From: an uncultured Clostridia bacterium
GTDB lineage: Bacteria > Bacillota > Clostridia > Christensenellales > UBA1242
Assembly (NCBI GenBank): GCA_944383915.1
Contig: CALWRJ010000010.1
Location: 3,099-67,098, forward strand
Reading direction: 5' to 3'
Length of the DNA stretch: 64,000 nucleotides
Part shown: one piece after another, positions 56,519-64,000 of the stretch
Numbering within the stretch: the stretch's first letter is position 1
Layout: each line of letters begins with the position of its first letter
Program-made: the position numbers and the translations under genes
The notes under the pieces: model-generated
The model's input: the letters and a program-made list of their open reading frames with translations, nothing else
Told to the model about the DNA's origin: nothing
Database searches by the model: none

Positions 56519-59500
56519 TTAAGCCTTTGTGTAGTCTGCTGTTTGTGGTGTGAATGTTATGTTTGAAATAATAACTTTTTCATTGCCATTCATAACATAA
56601 AATTCAACAGTCCACTCTTTGTCAAAGTCCTCTGCAGCCCAACCAACCATAACTGCGGCAACGGTAGGGCGAGCAGGTGCATCAGTATCTACATAAACAC
56701 CTTGTGGGCTATCACCGTTAAGCACAAAATCTCCGTCTGTTAAAGTCCATTTTACTTGGCTTTGGTCAATGCCTGTGATGTCTGCTGTAACGATTGTGCG
56801 GTGCAGAGCATCACCCTTAACATCACTCAAAACATGGTCAGAGAAAATTGCAAGAATTTCCTCGTCACTCATATCTTTAGTGTTTTGAACAGTTGCGGTT
56901 GTTACATAGTTAGTTGTATAAGTAGATAAACCTGCTGGAATATCTATACCAAATGATTGTACAAGAAGGAAACTTGCATCACAACTTCTAGCAGGATATA
57001 ATACAAATGTAACTTCTCTTGTTTGTTCGTTTATTATTGTATTTTTAACTTGCATTGTAATAGTTTGAGTTGTATTATCAATATAAGTTACTTCTATATT
57101 TGAGAACGCTTTATTAATTTTACTGCTTATTTCATCATAATTTATATTGTTTAATTCGGCAATATTATTAATAGTTTTAATCATTTTGCTACTGTCTTCT
57201 GCAGAATATTGAACACTGCTTTCAGCAAATAATTCATCAATGTAACTACTTTGTGTAGAATTATTTACCATTTCATTTTGATCGTTTCTAGCATTTAAAG
57301 TACCATATGAAAATTCTGTGAATTTTAATGAAACTTGTGTTCCATTACCAAACAAGAAATTCTTGAAGTCAATAGGCATTTCAGCAATATTGATAGCCAA
57401 ATTAATGTTGTTAAGATTTAATGTAATGCCTTTTTCTTGGTTATATGAAAGGTCGTTCATAATAGTACTATTATTACTTGCTAAAACTTGAATTAAAGCC
57501 ACTACTATTTGATTAAAGTTAAGGCTTTCATTAGTTGTTGTCGAGTTCGAATTACTTAATGCAAGTAAACTAGTACTTGTAGTTGTTTTATTCATATCCT
57601 GTATGTTTTGAATGGTTGTTGCCAATGATTGAACAAATGTAGAAATTTCATAAGAACCATTCAAATTAAGTTGCATACCAAATAAACTAATTGGGTTTAC
57701 AAAGTTTGCGTATAAATAGATTTGTGTGCTTTGGGTTGAGTCGTAAAGAATGTTTAAATAATCGTTTTCTACGCCTTCTGGATCGTAAATACGAATGCTA
57801 AGGAAGCCTAAGTTTTCCCAATCAATTCTACCTAATGTATCAGCGATTGTGTCACCTTCTTGAGCCAATAAAATAGCAGGTAATACTGCAAATGGGTCAA
57901 TGTTAGTGTTAATTTCAAGTTTGTATGCGTGGTCGAGTGTTGTACCATTTTCACCGCTGTAAATATTGAAGTCTGCGCCAATGTGCGTATTAAGTAAATT
58001 GATAGGTTCAACATCAGCAAACGCTGTTGTGATTTCGCTTATTGATTCAGCACTTGCAGGAGTACCAAAGCCCATACTTAGACTGTCTGCTCTTAATGTG
58101 ATTGCAGAATTTGCAGGAAGGGTGATAGTGGTTTCCTCACCAAGTTTAAGGTTGTAATCACCATTAACAGATAAGCCTAAGCCGATAGAACTAAGGTATT
58201 CAAGGCTACCTTGAGTCTCAAAACCTGCTGTGATGTCTAATGCGATTGTAGGCATAACAGAATCACTGTAAGCGCCTGTAAAGATGTCTAATATTTGACT
58301 TAATGTTTCATTTCCAAGAAGTCCTAAAAGAGGAAGGATTTGAGAAAGGTTGATTGAAATCATTGAATCGCTAGCATTGTTTGATGTGTCAAGTGCAAAT
58401 CCTTGCAATAACGCTCCGATATCAAGAGATTCAAAACCAGTACCTTCTAATAGTCCAGCCAAAATGCTATTTAATGTCCAAGGAGTACTTGAAGCGGTAG
58501 GGAAGTCAATGTCTTGAATCATTGCAAGAAGTGAAGCCATATTAATAGCCATTTTTGCAGGTAAGCCTTCTACTATTGTGCTTAGAGTTGTAAAGTCTAG
58601 ATATAGCATTTGAGTTTCTGTGTTTTCTACATAGTAGATATCAGCGATAGGCAATGGTGTGTTTTCTTGAATCATTAAATCAATGCTTAATGTAATTAAG
58701 TTTGATTTTGTAACAACATCGATTGAAGCGGTTGCATCAATTTGAAGTGGAAGTTCGTGGAGTGTAATTGGTATACCACCCATATTGATACTAAGGTCTA
58801 CACCTTCAATATTTACAAACAAACTTGCTTCTGCATTTAATGCTGTGTTTGTTTCGTCTTTACCATTTTCAAATGTGTTGTAAGTGTTGTATGCGCCGTT
58901 TAATACGCGGTCGATAATAAATGCTGGGTCAACTCTAAACAAAGCATACAATACTGTAGGTTCGGTAACAGTGAAAGTGTATGTGGCGTTAGCTTTTGGA
59001 ATTGGTGCTCCACTGCCATCAACTGTTGTGTACCAGCCAGCAAAGTAGTAGTTGTCGTTAGGGGTAGCAGTCAAAGTGATTTCCTCGCCGTATACAACAT
59101 TGCCAGCGCCAGAAACAGTACCACCGACATTGCCAACTACAAAAGCAGTAACATCGCTAGTTAGCACTTCAAAGTGTGCATAGTAAGTAATGTCTCCCGA
59201 CAAGTTTTCTATGGTATAAGTACTTTGTGCGCTAATTAATTCACCAGCACCGTTTGCTTGTGTGTACCAGCCTACGAAGTAGTAGCCTGTGTCCGCAGTC
59301 GCTGAAATTTCAATGGATGAGCCCTCAGTATAGTCACCACTTACTGATGAAACAAAACCGCCGGCGTCAGCGATAAGACTTAAATTGTACTTTGCAAGTA
59401 ATTCAAATTTAGCATAGAAAGTCATATCTTGCTCGACAGTAACTTCAAGAGGGTTTGCCGTGCTGTATACATTGCCAGAAAGGTCTTCTGTCTGGTACCA

Positions 59501-59710
59501 GCCGACAAACTTGTAGCCAGAGTCGGGTGTTGCGGTAATTTGCCCTGTTTCACCAGAGTTGACCATAACTGACTCGGACACAGTACCACCGGTATTGCCA
59601 GCAACTGCGCTTAGTCTATATTGCGTTTCGCCACAAGCAGCGAGTAAAAATACACAGCATAACATTGTAGCAAGAACTGCAACAAGACTAAAACTTTTAG
59701 TTTTTGTCAT
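56519..59710 (-). CDS. Large surface lipoprotein with three N-terminal Listeria-Bacteroides-type repeats
   Basis: Start moved to ATG 59710 with RBS GGAGAAAAAG. Lipobox LLAACG. Three repeats of G(Y)xFxGWY...F (GYKFVGWYQT, GYYFVGWYTQ, NYYFAGWYTT). Confidence 0.65.
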   Translation of the reverse strand: MTKTKSFSLVAVLATMLCCVFLLAACGETQYRLSAVAGNTGGTVSESVMVNSGETGQITATPDSGYKFVGWYQTEDLSGNVYSTANPLEVTVEQDMTFYAKFELLAKYNLSLIADAGGFVSSVSGDYTEGSSIEISATADTGYYFVGWYTQANGAGELISAQSTYTIENLSGDITYYAHFEVLTSDVTAFVVGNVGGTVSGAGNVVYGEEITLTATPNDNYYFAGWYTTVDGSGAPIPKANATYTFTVTEPTVLYALFRVDPAFIIDRVLNGAYNTYNTFENGKDETNTALNAEASLFVNIEGVDLSINMGGIPITLHELPLQIDATASIDVVTKSNLITLSIDLMIQENTPLPIADIYYVENTETQMLYLDFTTLSTIVEGLPAKMAINMASLLAMIQDIDFPTASSTPWTLNSILAGLLEGTGFESLDIGALLQGFALDTSNNASDSMISINLSQILPLLGLLGNETLSQILDIFTGAYSDSVMPTIALDITAGFETQGSLEYLSSIGLGLSVNGDYNLKLGEETTITLPANSAITLRADSLSMGFGTPASAESISEITTAFADVEPINLLNTHIGADFNIYSGENGTTLDHAYKLEINTNIDPFAVLPAILLAQEGDTIADTLGRIDWENLGFLSIRIYDPEGVENDYLNILYDSTQSTQIYLYANFVNPISLFGMQLNLNGSYEISTFVQSLATTIQNIQDMNKTTTSTSLLALSNSNSTTTNESLNFNQIVVALIQVLASNNSTIMNDLSYNQEKGITLNLNNINLAINIAEMPIDFKNFLFGNGTQVSLKFTEFSYGTLNARNDQNEMVNNSTQSSYIDELFAESSVQYSAEDSSKMIKTINNIAELNNINYDEISSKINKAFSNIEVTYIDNTTQTITMQVKNTIINEQTREVTFVLYPARSCDASFLLVQSFGIDIPAGLSTYTTNYVTTATVQNTKDMSDEEILAIFSDHVLSDVKGDALHRTIVTADITGIDQSQVKWTLTDGDFVLNGDSPQGVYVDTDAPARPTVAAVMVGWAAEDFDKEWTVEFYVMNGNEKVIISNITFTPQTADYTKA

Positions 59711-59910
59711 ACTTTTTCTCCTTTTAATTAAAGTATGAAAATATTTTAACAAATTTTCTTTTTATGTGCAACTATTTTGTGTAATAATTATTTTATAATT
59801 ATTAAATTTTTAAATTTCCTATTTTTTCTAAAAATTAATTTCGATAAAATACTACAAATTTATCAAAATTTAAACAAAAAATACCTACCTTAAATAGATA
59901 GGTTATTTAT

Positions 59911-62448
59911 TTAGCCCTGATAATTATAATTCATTACGATAACTTTCAAGACGCGTAAAGTATCCATTGCATTAAGTGCTTCAAAAATTCCTAGCCAGCC
60001 ACATTGTTCAAAAACTGTGTAGAAATTAATTTCAATAAATTTGTGCGTTGTGTCTACTCCGTTTAAACAGAAATTCATATCAAATTGAGTGACTAAGTTG
60101 GTGTCTGTTATTTCAAAAGTTCCCGCTTGTGTGGCATTAAAGTAGAATAAATTAAATAGGTCGTAGTTATTTCCGTTTATTGTTTCTGTAGTTAGCACAT
60201 TAGTTTGCGATGAACGAATTTGTGCTTGCATTTCAGGGTCATTAGGGTAGTAACTCATCATACGACTTACAAGTTGAGATAAAACGGTATTAATTATCGT
60301 TGAAAGACTACCGCCAAAACGATTTATAATAGAAACGATAGCACTAGAAGCATCATCGCGCGCAAGTTGGTATTTTAAATATAAGCCTCTACCGTCAGTG
60401 CGATTGTCTACTTCAATTTCACCATAAATATTAGTATTAGCATTTTCGTTGCGGTAAATTCCAGCGTTGTCTGCTGCGCCTGCGTCATTCATAGCAACAG
60501 GTGAGCCACCTACCATACCGCAAGTAAAGTTTTCAATATTGATTTTAGAACCGATGAAAGTTATACCATCTCCAAAAAGATTGTGTACCGACACATCGTA
60601 TACTGCAGGTTTATCTCCAGTGCCGAGTGTAATTTCATCAAGGCTATAATAGAATTTTATGCCATGGTTAAAGTTTTGAATATTTACATTTTTAACATAT
60701 GGAACCGCGTAGGCGTATGCGTTGCCGTTTGGATTGTCTATTTCAGGGTTATCAAAAATAATTGCTGATTTATAATAAATATTATCAAAAAAATTACAGT
60801 TTACGCCGTTAGTACCATTTTCTAGGTCGTCTTGGGTAATATTAAGGTTTGGGTTGTCTATTAAAAGTTTGTTGTAAATTTGTTCGGCGCTTATGTAACC
60901 GAATCCACCAATAATTGTAAGGTCGCGAATAGTTGCGTGGTATGGGGTAGTATCGTTTACGGGGTTAAAGTGGAATAAGTTAGTATAGTTGTAACCGTGT
61001 CCGTAGCCGAAAATTTGCTTGCTTGCGTCAACTGTAAAGCCATTTCCATTTAGGATTTTATCGCCAAAGCTTTTGAAACTATCCATTCCACCAACAAGGA
61101 AAATATCATTCGTCAAATTTACAATTTTTACATTTGTATCACTAAATGCCAAACTTAACTGTTCTTTTGTACTTACATTTGTACCATTATTAAAAGTAAG
61201 GCTAATTTTTGTCGTTTCGCGTTCGTTTACGCTACCAGTGATTGTTTCAAAGGAGAGTTGGTAGGTGTTTTGAGCGCTACTAGATAAGGTGTTTCCGTCA
61301 TAAGAAATATTTGCGTTTGCTACTGTTTGAGTCGACACTCCGTCAACGACCTCAAAGCGCGATACAAGGTTGTCATTTGAGTAAACATTAAGGGCGTAGT
61401 CATCTGCGCCGTTTTGTTCAAAATATTCTGGTACGAAGTTTGCAATTTCGCTGTTTACAGCATAGTTGTAATCGACATCAGCATCGTTAAAGTTTGTTGG
61501 CATATAGATTGTAGTAGGTAGCATAATGACTTTTACGGAAATTTCTTTGTTTATAACGCGAAGGGTAGTATCAAAAGTGGCTGTAACTAGCGTTGTCCCA
61601 TTTAAAAGTGGAGTAATATTTCCTACATTGTCTATTGATAAAACTTCGTCATTTTCGACAGTGTAATTTATTCCATTATAAAAAACAGTTTTATATTCGC
61701 CAGCACTTTCCCCGCGCACGGTAAGGCTAACAAGTAGGCGAGTTGTGTTTGTGCGCTCTGTATCTATAGTTAGTATGTCTTGGGCAAAATCTGTGCGATT
61801 TTCGATATTAATTCCTATGACTTGAGTAGGGTTGAAATCGATAATTGTAAGTGTTATAGGATTTGAATGTACATTGCCTACTCTTGCGGTTACTGTTATA
61901 GTAGAACCAGTACTTAAAGTCGAGTCTACAACTAAAACATTCCCTAAAATTGTTGCATTTCCACTCACTTCATAAGTTATGCTATCAGTCGAATTTGCAG
62001 GGGTAACATTTGCGCTTAAAGTAATTATTTCGCCAGCAAAAATGTTTGAACTTGTGTTATTTAAAGTAACGCTTGTAGCGGGTACAGCCGAAACGGTCAA
62101 GGTTAGTACAGTACTAAAAGTTTGATAAGTCGCGCTTATAGAAATTGTGTCGTTTGGTTGCGCATTTTCGCTAACGGTTAGCACATTATTTTCTATACTT
62201 GCGATATTTTCGCCACTTGTGACAGTAAAAGTCGCATTTGTAATTGTCTCATTACTATTTGTCTTGACAACTAGATTATATTGACTGTTTGGGCTAACTG
62301 TCGTGACACCACTTTCAAGAGTTAGGGTAATGCTTGTAACTTCGGCAGGCTGTTTTTCGCCACAAGCCACGAGTACAAATGGAACGACAATTAACATAAT
62401 CATAACAAAACAAATTATAATATTTTTATTTTTTGTAAGTAATTTCAT
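59911..62448 (-). CDS. Large surface lipoprotein with N-terminal Big_2-like Ig domains
   Basis: Lipobox VLVACG. Repeated segments of about 80 aa (VTSITLTL..., ATSVTLNN...ITVTARVG). The C-terminal region is Asn/Gly-rich and possibly beta-helix-like. Confidence 0.55.
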   Translation of the reverse strand: MKLLTKNKNIIICFVMIMLIVVPFVLVACGEKQPAEVTSITLTLESGVTTVSPNSQYNLVVKTNSNETITNATFTVTSGENIASIENNVLTVSENAQPNDTISISATYQTFSTVLTLTVSAVPATSVTLNNTSSNIFAGEIITLSANVTPANSTDSITYEVSGNATILGNVLVVDSTLSTGSTITVTARVGNVHSNPITLTIIDFNPTQVIGINIENRTDFAQDILTIDTERTNTTRLLVSLTVRGESAGEYKTVFYNGINYTVENDEVLSIDNVGNITPLLNGTTLVTATFDTTLRVINKEISVKVIMLPTTIYMPTNFNDADVDYNYAVNSEIANFVPEYFEQNGADDYALNVYSNDNLVSRFEVVDGVSTQTVANANISYDGNTLSSSAQNTYQLSFETITGSVNERETTKISLTFNNGTNVSTKEQLSLAFSDTNVKIVNLTNDIFLVGGMDSFKSFGDKILNGNGFTVDASKQIFGYGHGYNYTNLFHFNPVNDTTPYHATIRDLTIIGGFGYISAEQIYNKLLIDNPNLNITQDDLENGTNGVNCNFFDNIYYKSAIIFDNPEIDNPNGNAYAYAVPYVKNVNIQNFNHGIKFYYSLDEITLGTGDKPAVYDVSVHNLFGDGITFIGSKINIENFTCGMVGGSPVAMNDAGAADNAGIYRNENANTNIYGEIEVDNRTDGRGLYLKYQLARDDASSAIVSIINRFGGSLSTIINTVLSQLVSRMMSYYPNDPEMQAQIRSSQTNVLTTETINGNNYDLFNLFYFNATQAGTFEITDTNLVTQFDMNFCLNGVDTTHKFIEINFYTVFEQCGWLGIFEALNAMDTLRVLKVIVMNYNYQG

Positions 62449-62457
62449 ATTTTCCCC

Positions 62458-63327
62458 TTAAATAATATAATAAATTCTAATAGAGTCGTAAACATCAAGA
62501 TTGCCGTCATAATAAACGCGAATTTCTGCGCTATCTTGTTCACTAAATGTAAGAGTGTGTCCATCGGTATTTATTGAACATTTTCCGCTTCGAATTTCAA
62601 AAGAAATTTTGTCTAGTTCGCTAATTTCGCCCGTTATGTAATCGAATAAATCAATAGATGGTTCATTAACTTCTAATATATCTCGTGTAAACGACACAAT
62701 AGGGTCATCGGTAACGGTAACAATGCAGGTATCACTTAATCCACCGTCAACAGCACGCACTGTAATCACTGCCGAGCCAACAGAATTGAATGTTAGTTGC
62801 CCGTAATTATCTACCGAGCAAATAGCACTATTTGACGAACTCCACACTACATTTCTATTGCTTGCTGTAACAGGTAAAACAGTCGCCACGAGTTGTGCTG
62901 TTCCGCCGACATATCCTGTAATGCTTTCGCGGTTTAGGGTAACTTCGCGAACTTGTGAGTCAACAACGGTAACATGGAGGGTGGAGATTAGGTTGTATGT
63001 AGAAATTGTTACATCGGCAGTGCCTAGCGCGCGTCCAATCATTATGCCATTTTCGTTAATAGTAACTATGCTTGTGTCTTGTGTCTCAAAACGCACATTT
63101 TTATTTGAAGCATTTTCGGGCAAAACTACATAGTAAATTTGTGTTTCGGTGTTTAAATTAATTGTATACGCGGTGTTTGAATCAATGCGATTGCCTGCTT
63201 CGTCAGCAAAATAAACATCTGTTACTTCGATAAAATCATAATCTCCATAAATCATTCCTGCAATAGAAATAACTACTATTAATAAGAAGGGAAGTATGAG
63301 GAGGATTGATATAATTGCTTTTTTCAT
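62458..63327 (-). CDS. Secreted/anchored protein with Big_2-like Ig domains
   Basis: N-terminal TM or signal segment. VREVTLNRESITGYVGGTAQLVATVLPVTASNRNVVWSSSNSAICSVD is a typical Big_2 signature. Confidence 0.6.
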   Translation of the reverse strand: MKKAIISILLILPFLLIVVISIAGMIYGDYDFIEVTDVYFADEAGNRIDSNTAYTINLNTETQIYYVVLPENASNKNVRFETQDTSIVTINENGIMIGRALGTADVTISTYNLISTLHVTVVDSQVREVTLNRESITGYVGGTAQLVATVLPVTASNRNVVWSSSNSAICSVDNYGQLTFNSVGSAVITVRAVDGGLSDTCIVTVTDDPIVSFTRDILEVNEPSIDLFDYITGEISELDKISFEIRSGKCSINTDGHTLTFSEQDSAEIRVYYDGNLDVYDSIRIYYII

Positions 63328-63330
63328 AAT

Positions 63331-64000
63331 CTATACCTCCATTCTCTCGTAGAGTTTATTGACTTTCAATTCAAAAATAGTAATAACTATCGAAGTAAAT
63401 GTAAGGACGACAATTCCAGCAAGTATCCACGGAAGCGCAGGCATCACAGGGAAAAAGGCAAGTACAAAAAGCAACGCAAACAAAATTATAGTAATAAGCA
63501 GTCCTATCCACATAGATTGTTTTGGCGCTTTTGAAATTTTGTCAATTTCGCTTGCATCGTACCAATCAAGCACGGGTTTGCGAAGGTCAAGCATTATATT
63601 TAATACGATATGACCCAGACTAAAAATCATGGCAAACACGATGCACAAGAAATTTTGTAAGGGGTCAATTTCTATAAAAATTGAAGTAAATAAATAGGTT
63701 AGCAATAAGCCAGCGTATGTTATGATAACATTAAATAAAATTTTTGCGCGTGTTTGAAGTTTTATGGATATAGGGCTTATTTTTGCAAGATAAAAGTTTC
63801 CGCCCTCGCGTGAAATTGTAGTTGCACTCATAAGGTTTGACATAACACACAAAATGCAAATTACAAGCAAGTGCGATGCTACTACCATATTTACGCCCGT
63901 CGTGTTTACATTTAGACTAAACAACAATTTATCATACATCATTACTATAAAGGGCATCAGGATAGCAAATATTGTATATGAGAACACACTAGAAGGGCTA
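63331..64000 (-). CDS. Polytopic membrane protein (ABC-2-type permease-like), probably truncated by the window edge
   Basis: Six or more hydrophobic helices. The frame stays open upstream of the track start (GTG 63987) to the window end. Confidence 0.35.
   Translation of the reverse strand, partial: SPSSVFSYTIFAILMPFIVMMYDKLLFSLNVNTTGVNMVVASHLLVICILCVMSNLMSATTISREGGNFYLAKISPISIKLQTRAKILFNVIITYAGLLLTYLFTSIFIEIDPLQNFLCIVFAMIFSLGHIVLNIMLDLRKPVLDWYDASEIDKISKAPKQSMWIGLLITIILFALLFVLAFFPVMPALPWILAGIVVLTFTSIVITIFELKVNKLYERMEV

Overview
This 64 kb window comes from a low-GC, spore-forming Firmicutes-type chromosome. Markers are yqfC-yqfD-ybeY-cdd synteny, yabP-yabQ-divIC, yyaC and a SipW-type signal peptidase. 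All product calls rest on motifs read by eye and on gene order; no searches were run. The centrepiece is a complete type II-A CRISPR-Cas locus at 30482-38271. It comprises a divergently transcribed tracrRNA, cas9 (1433 aa), cas1, cas2, csn2, a 46 bp leader, and 22 repeats of 36 bp with 21 spacers of 30 bp. The tracrRNA anti-repeat matches the whole repeat but is split by a 14 nt GAAA-capped hairpin. Its predicted promoter abuts the cas9 start codon. Housekeeping genes include a P-type Ca-ATPase fragment, htrA, polA, a marR plus heterodimeric ABC exporter operon, radC, nfeD plus an SPFH gene, peroxiredoxin-perR, a MetRS-like gene, an M18 aminopeptidase and tetR-sbcF-sbcE. There are three tRNAs (Pro-CGG, Leu-CAG, initiator Met-CAT) and several very large repeat-rich surface proteins. 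Unexplained items are listed here. (1) Nineteen AATT-core heptads lie in direct and inverted blocks interleaved with GC-rich hairpins downstream of tRNA-Leu. (2) Partial copies of the tRNA 3' end lie 141-175 bp downstream of tRNA-Leu and tRNA-fMet. (3) A GC-rich hairpin-dense trailer follows tRNA-Pro. (4) The syntenic cdd homologue has lost all zinc ligands. (5) The MetRS-like protein reads KASSS where KMSKS is expected. (6) A stand-alone 1291 aa Upf1-like helicase carries a C-terminal endonuclease-like fold. (7) A DnaA-box hairpin cluster sits upstream of yabP.
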